From contig NC_081334.1 in NCBI RefSeq assembly GCF_022539665.2, positions 682,001 through 746,000 of the forward strand: a stretch of DNA of 64,000 bases. The letters run 5' to 3'. Source of the stretch: Daphnia carinata (Eukaryota). The notes beneath the pieces were generated by a model that searched no databases, was not told the DNA's origin, and saw nothing but the letters and a program-made list of their open reading frames with translations. The number at the start of each line of letters is the position of its first letter. Positions within the stretch are counted from its first letter, which is position 1. A program made the translations under genes and the position numbers. Of this stretch, positions 1 through 35,548 are shown one piece after another.

Positions 1-507
1 AGGTGGCATCACCTGGGATTTTTGGGGGTGCTCCAGATGCCCCATATCCTAATTCAGATGGAATCACCAGTTTTCTCTTTTCTCCTTCACACATCCTGTT
101 GGTGGATACAGTGAAATAAGTAACTGCTGCATAAGTAAAGCCATTAAGATATTTAAAACTTACCCCATTAACCCTTGATCCCATCCCTTTATCACTTGTC
201 CAGAACCTAAGGTGAACGTCAGAGGTTGACCTCTAGGAATGCTGCTGTCAAATTCAGTTCCATCCTCCAGCGTGCCCTTCACGATCACATTTTTCGTTAG
301 TCCAATTCATTTGAACAAACGCCAGAATAGGCTACCAATTATACCTACCGTATAATGCATATGAAGAAGATCTCCTCGCTTGGATTTGACAGTGCAGTTA
401 TCAACGCGTTTCTTGATACCGATTTGGAGTTTTTTTGATTTGCTATCTTTAGCTAACACCACAACTACAATGCACGCAAACAAAAATAGCACGATTTTGG
501 GAGACAT
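1..507 (-). CDS. FKBP2: FK506-binding protein 2 / FKBP13-like ER peptidyl-prolyl isomerase, 5' part (exons 507-349, 276-164, 95-<1; continues beyond window)
   Basis: Signal peptide [19 protein letters not shown], then [98 protein letters not shown], joined across two GT-AG introns. Confidence 0.93.
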
Positions 508-1538
508 TTTAGTTGAATGAATTGTTATCGATTGCTTTAACTGTCAGACGGGACTGAAGCTAAAACGGTTACAGCAGACGACTTAGGTAAAGACAGTTAG
601 ACAACGTTGCAAGTAGTTGCAGAAATTGTCCGATTATCGTTGACTTGACAATGACAACATAAAGGAACAAGAATGAAGAAATGAAATGAAAGCACGAAGG
701 AAAACTAGGAAACATTCGGATCAAGAATCCAGCCGCGCAAGCTGTACCTGTTACTGTGCCTGTGGTATCCTATTATTCCCAAGTAAAAACAAAAGGGAGT
801 TGGAATGTCGTGTGAAAGTGACATTTTCTTTATACCTTGACGTACACATGTTCCACTTACAGGCTCAGAAATAGCTACAAGAACTAGACCGGGTCTAACA
901 ACATTTATCGGGTCGCAATCGCACATCTCTGCTTGTGCATAAATGTGTTTGCTTGACGTTGATCTTTATTTGCCTGACTTTATTGGACGTCTTCGTCCGT
1001 TAGCTCTTGCGGCTAACAATAAAGACTTCCGTGTCGTGTAAAGTTTGAAATGTCCATGAAAGCATCTGGGTTGGCTCTCTTTGTTCAATAATCATTGCTT
1101 GTTGGTAACTGGATCGTTTCCCCATAAAAATATACAGTGATCAACGGGGAATGTTGGCGGAAGAATAAAAGTAGAAACGTATTGTAGAGTTTGAAGAGAA
1201 GTAAACGAGGAGGTGAAGATGGTGGAAACGCGTATGAACAGGCAGAAGGGAGAGAGGGCTATTTTGGGTACAAGACCCTCGATGAGCTTTTCTAACCGAA
1301 TGAAGAGATCCCGACGGGAGGGGATTGTTGGCCAGTCGCTGGTTGACTGCACACTTTATCGGAGGTGGGTTCGTGCGGGAGGCTGGTTCATTTTGGTTTT
1401 CTGTTTCAAGACTCACCGTTGTTTGCATCGTCTCCAAAAGTTGTCCGTATCGTTGGTTGGATCATTCACTTTCAAGTGCAAGGCTAATCGGAACTAGGTT
1501 ATGCCGTAGGATTTGGCGGCTAACCTCGCTTCATCGTC

Positions 1539-26378
<24,840 letters not shown>

Positions 26379-29294
26379 TAAATACTTGCCCCGTAATTAT
26401 TTACCCATTTGAACACGACTTGTGCATTATTACCCTGCTTTGGTATTTTTGGAAGAGTAAGAGAGTTCTGGGGACAGCAGTCACCGCACACGCTAATTAA
26501 GGTGTTAAAAGTTCCTCTTCTAATCAGTATTGTGTTACTTTTAATTTTTATCCATTTCGCGGGTGTGTTAGGGGAAGGCAGGAGGAGGTGCGTATCTTTT
26601 TCACGAGTTTGCTGTGTAGTCCCTTTCTGAATTTTACACTTACAAAACACATTTTAACATTTGTTTTTTTCCTCTATTTCTAAAGGAACATGACCCTTCC
26701 CCACTACGGTCTCTTGTCACTTGCAAAAATACATCCTCTCTCTCTATCTCTTTTTCTTCTCAAATCCTTTACCTCGGTCAACTATTACGTGTCGGATATT
26801 CTCAGACTTGCAGCGACCGCCGTCTACTTTTTGTTTTCGCGAAAGCTGAAGAATGTTAGATGACAAAGTGACTAATTTGCCTTTTAAATTTCTGTTTTTA
26901 AATTTTTATGTACTTTAGAGTGTTGCCAAGTTTGTATGCAGATTGACAGCCATCCTGCACTAGTCAATACGTATCAACTGCATTACGGCAAAGTAGAGGT
27001 ATTAGAGGCAGACTGTCATTGGAGTCGTAAAAGACCATAACGTAACCAAAACTTGGAGTGGAAATCGATACATCAGGCGACGCGAACTAGCCAGCTAGTA
27101 ACAGCTATATAACTTTGCTTTTGAAGCTTCAGTCACTTCCGACTAGAACTATGCCCACCGTCTACTCTAATCTGTGGAAGTCAGGTTCAGGTCTTTATTT
27201 TATTTTATATTTCTCTACTTTTTTTTACGTTTTGTTTCGATATTTTAGCATCACAAAATGAACGAACAAATTACGTGAGACGAGCAAAATTTGAGCATTT
27301 CCTGTTTGCTAGTTTGTCGATCAATAGTCATACGTGGGGAATCCACTTAAACTCTATATAGCTGAAAATAGATTTATACCGCTCTTCGGCACAAGCCGGA
27401 TGTGTAATGCTTCATTTTCACAACGAAGAATGGGTCACTGGAGATGTGCGTGGTATTGATCACGACTGGCATTCGCTGTGTCCTTTTTATGCAACGGCAG
27501 AAATAAAAAAGAGAGGAAAAAGAAGAAGAGTTGGGCGGAATCAGAGATGGAATGCCGGTTAGGAACAAGATGTGACACATATCCTCTATCTGTGTATGCA
27601 AAATAAAACAAAATTCCAGTTGTAAGGTAAGGATGAACGCGACTGCATTGTTTTGTTGCTCATTACGAACGCTGTCTGTTCAGTTATTTTCTCGCATATA
27701 ATGACTTATTATAAATTCGTTCTTGTCGAGAGATTTCACAGTTGACCCATTCGTGTCATCCTCCTTTTTTGTTCGAATCGTTCGATCAAATTTTGTCCAG
27801 TTAATCTTAAATTCATTGGGCTTCAGTGTTCGACGATGAGAGTTCGCTGGCTTTCTCTTCAAAACTTGAAAGCTAGCCAAATAATTCGTGAGTGAGAGGG
27901 AGTAAAGAGAATGGGCGGATCCGGAATTGGACGAAGGCGATAACTGTGGCCGCGGGATTTCATCGCCATTCGTGAACAGAGACTCATGGAGCCACCCATA
28001 CCGTGACAACAAAAACATGACAAGTTTTACATGACACTTTAGTGCAAAAAAAACATTACCTATATGTTTTTATTTTGAACTTACCACCCGTCCTAGCCTT
28101 ACAAACGACCTGTCCACGTCAAACAACCAGAAACTACTCCGTTAGTTACTTTTAATGAAATGGGTTCTGTTCTGTCTACTACTCTGCAATTCTCTTTTTG
28201 TGGTCGTCAACAACCCAGCTGAATAAAGAAAAAAAAAAAAAGCTTTCTGACGCGCCTTCGAAGTAGCGCTGGAGTGTGGAGGGAGAGAGAAAGAGACAGA
28301 GAGAAGCGTTTTTGTACAACGCAACACCAAAGGATTTGGTAAAGGCCAACGTTATTGCCACCACATTATTGCGCATTAGCCGACTGGTAGAAAATAGATC
28401 GGATCGAGTGTAGTCGACAGGTTTGAGGTGTGTCCCTGACTAGTGCAGTGGCTGATCTGTGCTGGTGCACAGTTGCACACCGCACGCAATTTTTCCTACC
28501 CCCAGCCGGCAGCTGACTCGCCGCTCACGAGTATACCGTTGACCTACTTGTGCAGCAGAGCCCCGTTATACAGATAGTAACCGAGTTGCACCAGTCTTCT
28601 CTCTCGTGTCCGTGCGACTAGAGCGTGAAAATCTCTCCTCCTCTCTCATTCCCCTTTGAAACCCTTTAGGCTTCAAATGTGTCCCTTGGATGACGCGCGA
28701 ATCCGCTACTTCTTATTGCAGTTGAATCTGTTGCCAACGCCGTTCAAATCGAGTGTCGGCTGATCTGGAATTTCACGTGCGACATTTTCATCCATTTTTT
28801 TTTTCGTTCGCATTGTGTATTGATTTGTAAAGCACCAGCGGCATCGCCGTCTTTGCAATTTGTCCAGACCAGCATTTCAGACCCCTAGCCACTCGATCCT
28901 GTTTGACCAGTGAGTGAAGCGCAAGTCTGGAGGTCAAATTCTTTTCTTTTTTTATTGCAATTCTCTATCGAGAGAAAAAAAAACCGTTAGAAGATTATTG
29001 CCTCAGGTGCATGAGCGCTTGTGCATATATCCGAGTGCGTGTGTCCCCCGCATAACGTGCGCGTTGACGATCGCTCGTCGCTTGGCATTGAGAGATCAAG
29101 GATTTTTGCCCGTCGAGCCGCGCGGCCTAGACACTGGAAAACCACTGGCTCGCCAGAATTGGGTAACGTTGAGGCTGTGACCTACTTCGCTAACCTAGAT
29201 AACTTTCCCATTTCTCAGCGCGCGCGCAACTCCCGCCGCTTTAGCTTCGTTTTCTCCTGTCGTGTCTACCGTGTATGCGTTTTTGTCGTAGCCC

Positions 29295-29295
<1 letters not shown>

Positions 29296-29325
<30 letters not shown>
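29296..29325. repeat. (CT)n microsatellite
   Basis: Uninterrupted CT run upstream of the 29899 gene. Confidence 0.9.
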
Positions 29326-29331
<6 letters not shown>

Positions 29332-29898
29332 TTATTTCTCCTATTCTCTCTTTTGCTTTTTGTACTAAATATTACTATCGTTTTCACTTGTGCAGCCTTC
29401 GTCATCCCACTTTAACACGCCCCAACTCTCCTTCTCTGTTGTTGGCTGCTGCTTTCATTCAAAACCCGGCCCAGTTCCAAAGAAGGTCAATCAAGTCAAC
29501 TCATCAAACAAATCACCTCCTGTGTAGTGCCCCAATAACAATTTGCTTTGACGTATTCAGCTCAACTGTTAATATTGGGCTGCAGACTGTACAACTTATT
29601 TTCCTTGTAATCTGCCTTTTGCCTCTTCAATTGGGCGTCTTAAAGGCTCGTCGTTTCCATAGCAAACTTTACTCTCACTTTCTACTTCCTCACAGCTTTT
29701 GAAATGGGAACCAGTCGATTACGACTCGCGTAAAGTGCAGTAGTCTTTGATTTCGCATTGAAATGAAAACACAATTGATGTTTTAATCATCTTTAACACA
29801 ATTTCTTTTTCGAAGAACAGCTTTTTCTGCATTATTCAACCTCATTATAGCCAATATGTAAAATTGTTCATCTTTCTTTTGCAGATGGAAGTTGAAAA

Positions 29899-31224
29899 AT
29901 GTGGAACTTGACGAATCGACCGAGGGCTGGAGACCCACATTGCTGGACAAATCGCACAAACATTGAGACGTACAAAGAAATGGGCAGTCCTTTGATTATT
30001 ATGCCCGACAAGTTGAATCAAGAGTCTCAAATTAGCGTACTACGTGCCCGAGCAGTGATCCCTACTGTGAACATTAGTAGTGCACCTAAACCACCTAAAA
30101 AACGTTTTCTGGAGGCTGCTGCAGCCCACCAACTAGAAGAACAACAGAAACGGGAGAAGGAGCTGCAAGATAAGAGTAAGGCCAACGCTGAGGATAATTC
30201 AGCCCTGATGCAACTGGCCGAGATGTGTGTTTACTATCAGGCAAGCGACACAAGCCATCCTTCGGGGTAATTTCTTTGTTTCATCTAAAGGATTTTCTAA
30301 AGTATTAAATGTATAACAATCTTCTATATTTGAATCATTAAAAACTTCAGATCGTGGTCACCCGTGACGGGCGAATGGGATTGCGTTAATCATCGCGTGA
30401 TGGCTGCCGAAAAGCCTGTCGAGCCGACCGTTTACTCTATCAGTATGAACAGCACAGTTCAAAGGGAAGCCAGCCCAAAAGCAGGAACTCCATTCTGGAA
30501 TGGATGGGCTAACCGGTCGCTTCTGCAGCCGGAGCAAAGTCTTGGCGGTCGTGAGGAAGAAGATGAAAATGAGGAGCCATTAGACTTAAGTGGCGAAGAG
30601 ACTATCCGAACTAACCAACAGGAACTGATTGATCATTTGGTAGAAAAATTATGTGCGCGGCCTGTTTTCGGCAAGTTCTCCTCGTTGGTTCAAAAGAAAT
30701 TATCATTATTAGAGCCTTCCCCGAGTTTAGAGACTAGCACTGTCCAGAATTCGTCGAGCGAAGTCAGCAGCTCAATCGATTTGAAAGACTCGGTCACGGT
30801 CGCCGCCAAAGATGTGAATAGGAGAGATCTGCCTTTGAAAAAACGTGATCCTTCTAGCCTTCAGGAGAGCTACGATCAACGAGGAGATTACTGTGATAGC
30901 AGTACGGCAACGAAATTGGAATCCTCGTTAAAAGAGACGGTTTCTTCAACGAATAGTAGTAAGAAACCCGCCCCCAGATCGTGCAAAGGAAAACGCTACT
31001 TGGAGTTCATGTACGAAGGTCGCATCACGCTGAGCGGCCGAGGATTGAAACGCGCCGAATCAAGTGAACAACAGACTGATGATCAGACCTGTGACCAGTC
31101 TTCCATCGGCAGTAAGAACAATAAAAGGCAACGTCAAGTCAGGCAGACGGAAGCAGGGACCGGCAAGACGACAACTTTCTCTCTGCGCGGACGCAACGCC
31201 AATAAGTTGCGCAAACTCAGCTGA
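29899..31224 (+). CDS. 413-aa putative nuclear corepressor-like protein with BBX-like motifs and no HMG box (exons 29899-30266, 30351-31224)
   Basis: Two long ORFs join in frame through a GT-AG intron (…HPSG|SWSPVTGEW…). Motifs: PKPPKKRF, SALMQLAEMC, PLDLS, QQELIDHLVEKL, LPLKKR, RSCKGKRYLEFM. An in-frame TGA at 29893 lies just upstream of the ATG. Confidence 0.8.
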
Positions 31225-31959
31225 GACCAAATTCACATTCTTCGCTGTATACCTCGCTGCCTATGTACATATAGCTTTGAAGAGAGAAAAATCCATATTG
31301 CTGTGCGTTTAGTCTGGACTTGGGCATGGACGCTTATCATTTTCAAAACACATTTCACTATTGCTCTAAACCACGCGAGTGCCAATTCTATATTTATTTA
31401 TCGTCGCCGTATTCGCAGATACATGACCACTACCTTTCTTTCTTTTCTCATCGAATATGCTAGTAGGAGTCGGAAGTGGTTGTCTATCTAGTCAAGTTTC
31501 ATTTCACAGTTACTCGATCAAATCATTCAGGCTGCTTGTTTAATACGTCCTTTCTTCTTTTTCTTTAATTTCGTCCATATCTTCGAGTTGTCGTAAATCA
31601 TGAAGAGTGCGATCGCAGTCATATTGTTGCTATGTAACTGTGTTACAACTTGAACACCGAACTCTGCGACGGTAAAACAATCAAATCTATAATCGTCACT
31701 ATTAGTACACATAATTAACAATAATAATTTTTCTTTTATTAGCGATTGTACAGAAATCCTGTTTGGTAATATAATTTAGCACTTTTCTTTCATTTATTTG
31801 CATATTTTTCTTACATGTAAACGAATACCATCTTGTAAGAAATACAATAGTACACCGAATGAAGAATTTCAGAAGAAGGATACTTTTTAAAAGCAAGTAC
31901 GGTAATTCCATTCACTTTTTTTCAATTTATTGGCTGTTTTCTTCTCAAACATCAACTAA

Positions 31960-32626
31960 TGAACTGATTATACATGATTTGCATTCAACATTCAACCAGA
32001 ATCACGAAATTTGGCACGAATAAGTTTTTGAAATAAACATAAAAGGTGTACTTTTATATGGGAACTACCGTGGGAATTTACCCTAAAAAATCTGAAAAAT
32101 CCGGTACTAACTGGAATTTTTTGAAAATGACAAATATATTCAAAATTGAATGCTAATGCCGAGAAAATTACATATTTTTTTTTTCATTAAATCAACCGTT
32201 GGAAATGCACCGAATATTTGTGCTGCACGCGCTAGCGCTGTAGCGCACTGGCGAGCTAGCGTGCTGTCAAATAACCATTTCAACATTTCTATCGCACCTA
32301 CTTTTATATTTTAAATTGCTCAACAACCATAACCTCTAAGAAAAAGCAAATTTCATTTTCGTGTTCCTTGTTCAAATTTGAATCTTATTCGTATAGAGTT
32401 ATTTAGATTTAATAATATTATTTTTTTGTAATAGGAAAATAAATAGAAATTTTAAGCCCGACTAAATAAGCCCGACAAAATAAGCCCGACTTTTTTGTTT
32501 TTTAAGTTTGATTCGAACACGATAAGGCCAATTGAAAAATAAACTTGATTTCCTGATTAGCATTCAATTCTGCATCGAAATCCTTATGGCATTTGAATTA
32601 TTAGAAGTGAAAGTTCCTACAGCCCT
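31960..32626. repeat. AT-rich dispersed repeat cluster (TAAGCCCGAC family), left flank of the palindromic block
   Basis: TAAGCCCGAC x3 at about 32453-32490. 32110-32240 is an inverted match to 42005-42130, and 32450-32625 is a direct match to 42160-42340. Confidence 0.7.
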
Positions 32627-32973
32627 TAGTCTTGCCACGGACGGTCGCTGAAACCCAATGCAGAAAACTGAATATCGTACCAATAGGTGGCTATAGTGTT
32701 TGGGGGATCGTCTGCAGTAAAAATTCCTGATACAAAGTTGCTACTGATTATGGCAATCCGTTTTATATGGCAATCCGTTTTACATGAAAAAAAAAAAAAA
32801 ATGGCGGAAAAAAAATAAAAAATCGCACTTTTTTCTTTTTTTCCGACACGTAGCCATCTACCGCTCAGACTCATTATTACTGGCGTAGGCAATTTCAGTC
32901 CATTGGATGCCATTCGCAGTTAGTTCAGTAGCGTGGATGGAGAATAACGCGTGGCTGGAGGAACAATTGAAAA

Positions 32974-33648
32974 ATGGATAAGATAATACAACAAAAGGAT
33001 GGTAAGTATAAACATTATTATATTTGTTTTGAATTATTAATTATTGTTTATTAGATCAAATTATGGACCTGCAGGCTCAATTATTGCAACAGCACAAAAT
33101 ATTAGATAACAGCAAAGCTAAGGATGGTAAGGCCTAATACATAATGATTCTATTTATTTGCTTTTATTCATTTGTGTTTTGTAGCTCAAAGTTTGAGTCT
33201 ACAAGCTCAGCTAGGGGAAAAGAACAAATTGGAACGGAACAGTTTCCAAACAGTGAAGGAGGTTTTTCCAAACTCAAACCTAACTGAACATGAGGATGAA
33301 TTGGCATTAGGCGAACACATTCAGGTACATAAACTTTTCAAATAAGAAGTCAAAATAAGTATAGAATTTTAACAAACAATTATTTATTGTTTAGATATTC
33401 AGTCCACCACCTGACAGTGTGTTAAATTTAAATTCTGTTAGTGCTGTAGTAAAAGAATCGTTAATAATAAATCCATGCAGCGAAGGAACTGAAGAATTGT
33501 GGGACCGTATTTGGGCCGAAAATGGGTGTGGTACGGAAACCCAGAAATGGCATGAGTTCAACATAAAACATGGATTAGGTACTTACCGGTTCTTTGTCTA
33601 TCGAAAAAGTATTTTTTATGCTATTATTTTGCATTCACAGAATTTTAG
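32974..33648 (+). CDS. Unknown 143-aa protein in arm copy 1 (exons 32974-33001, 33055-33126, 33185-33324, 33395-33578, 33641-33648), possibly a truncated relic of a longer gene
   Basis: Four GT-AG introns of 53-70 nt keep one frame: MDKIIQQKDDQIMDLQAQLLQQHKILDNSKAKDAQSLSLQAQLGEKNKLE...EELWDRIWAENGCGTETQKWHEFNIKHGLEF*. Further exon-like segments with splice signals continue to about 34360. Confidence 0.6.
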
Positions 33649-34495
33649 CGGAGGATCAAGTCAAGTCTGGAAGTGTTACAGGATGGAAGAGTCAGCCTGT
33701 AGTTGAAAAAACACTGAGTGTGCATTACCGTTAAGGTGTGAGGTAAAGTAATAGAGTGATGCAAATTGTCTAATGAGAAGTACCATCTTGTGTTAATGAA
33801 CCTGGTACAACAGCAATCCTTTATAGTTCTGTCACAGCTAGAAGCCTGAAATAATTCTGCTTCTCTGGCTAAAGAACAACTTGTCCTTTATGTTCACAGT
33901 GTTGGTGAAACTGGGTACTTAAATGGCCCTAAGATTTTGCTGCCGTTGCAGAGATGAACATCATACAAGGACTCTTTAGGTATGAAAGGAATTTTCTTCA
34001 AATAATTTTGAATTTATGACGAAGAATTTCTCCTCTTTTTTGCCAACCAGGTCTAATCTACCAAAAAAAATTTATCCAATAGGAAAGGATTTTCATGTAC
34101 TGGGAACACAACTATCAACAATGCAACATTGTACAGGTGCTAGTTTATCATTCAAGACCCTTATACAATGATGTTAATCTGCAATTTGTATGTCCTTCCC
34201 CCAGCTTCCACCAGAAGTTGAATCTATGAGTCATGTAAGTTACATGATCAACAGTTGATATGTTTAACGGTGTTGTTTTTCTTTTCTCAATATAGGTTAA
34301 TAGTAACATTGGATCTGAAAAAATTCTTGGTTGGGGCAAGACACTGAATAAATTGTATTGATTCGATGGATGACATGACATTTCTATACTTAATTCGGAT
34401 TCCCCAGACGGTATTTGATATTAAAAAAATTGAAGTGCATATCTGGGCTCCCTTCTTTTCTGAAGCCCCGTTTCCCCTTGACTCGTAATAAGCCC

Positions 34496-34808
34496 GTAGG
34501 GGGTCATGCCCCTACTGTACGGTATATATAAAAACAACATATACCGAGGTTTGGAGGGCTCTGGCCGGAAAGGGGACGTGGGGTGCCGCTTAGTCCGATG
34601 AAGTGTTCACGGAGGGCGATGTGGCTACCCACAAATCCGAACTAAAGGTTAATCGCTCCTGTAAAAATGTTCCAAATCTTCAGCTCTTCTTCCGGCTTCT
34701 CTTAGCCAATCACCGGGTAATCTCCCCGGTGGGTCAACAAGGCAGTGTCTCCCCCTGCCTGGGTTGACGGCAACTTTTGAAAGGGCTATTGTGCCTTTTT
34801 AAAGTTGC
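34496..34808. other. GC-rich multi-hairpin segment near the inner end of the arm (counterparts ~35741-36055, ~37955-38052 partial, ~39252-39565)
   Basis: Stems GTAGGGG/CCCCTAC (34496-34515), CACCGGG/CCCGGTG (34711-34731), GTCAAC..GGCAG/CTGCC..GTTGAC (34733-34768) and GCAACTTT/AAAGTTGC (34770-34808). Confidence 0.75.
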
Positions 34809-35021
34809 AAAAATAATTGTAATGTGCAGAGAATTGTCAATAAAATTTTTTTTATAAAATATTTTATCCAAAATTTGTTTCTTTCATCGTCTGTGTTAGA
34901 CGTGTTCACACATTACATTTATCAACTTTTTTTTTTCTTCGCGTTATTTGTTTTTGTCACCTTTGATGGTAAGCATTGTTTCCATTGGTTTATCGTTTAT
35001 ATGTTAGTATTCTGTTATTAT

Positions 35022-35078
35022 CCAGGGATCGAACCCTGGATATTAGGCATACCGCGCCGATGCTCTACCAATGAGCCA
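35022..35078 (-). pseudogene. tRNA-like core A1 (A box and B box, no acceptor stem)
   Basis: Minus strand reads TGGCTCATTGGTAGAGC ATCGGC GCGGTAT GCCTA ATATC CAGGG TTCGATC CCTG. Confidence 0.8.
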
Positions 35079-35207
35079 TGAATCATATGATGTCAAGTTG
35101 GCTTTTTTCTAGTTACTTGTGGACTTGCATTTACACTTAGAATAAAAAAGAAATGCAATTCTGCAATATACTCTTCTACATTTATTCTACTTCATTTTTA
35201 CACATCT

Positions 35208-35265
35208 TCTGAGGTTTGATCCCAGGGTAACAGATATCGCAACTGAAGGCTCTACCACAGAGCTA
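35208..35265 (-). pseudogene. tRNA-like core B1 (degenerate)
   Basis: Minus strand reads TAGCTCTGTGGTAGAGC…CTGGGATCAAACCTCAG. Confidence 0.65.
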
Positions 35266-35375
35266 TGAACCTTATGAAGGAAATAGAAAGATAAACATAT
35301 ACTTGTGAAAGACTGCATAAACATCCTAGACGATAACATATAATATGCGATAATAAAACATTTAGATATATCTCG

Positions 35376-35432
35376 TGGCTCAATGTTAGAGCATCGGCGT
35401 TGCACGCTGAATGTCTAGGGATCGGTTCCCAT
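35376..35432 (+). pseudogene. tRNA-like core C1 (Ala-like, TGC in the anticodon loop)
   Basis: TGGCTCAATGTTAGAGC A TCGGC GTTGCAC GCTGA ATGT CTAGGGATCGGTTCCCA. Confidence 0.7.
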
Positions 35433-35548
35433 ACGGGTAAAACAAAGTACAAAATTACTTCAAAAAATATCCAGATATTACATGTTGTTCCTTGAATCTA
35501 AGTGGAAAAATTCAAAGAGTGTAATAAATAATAATTGAATACTTACAG

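Larger units (their letters stand above)
32765..35000 (+). repeat. Long inverted-repeat arm, copy 1
   Basis: Reverse complement of 35549-37875 and of ~39150-41286, e.g. ATATGGCAATCCGTTT (32765) vs AAACGGATTGCCATAT (ending 41286). Confidence 0.95.

Noticed and set aside
34590..34660. Hammerhead-like CCGATGA in the arm's GC-rich segment
   Set aside because: The core deviates from CUGANGA and I could not build stems I-III with a correctly placed GAAA.
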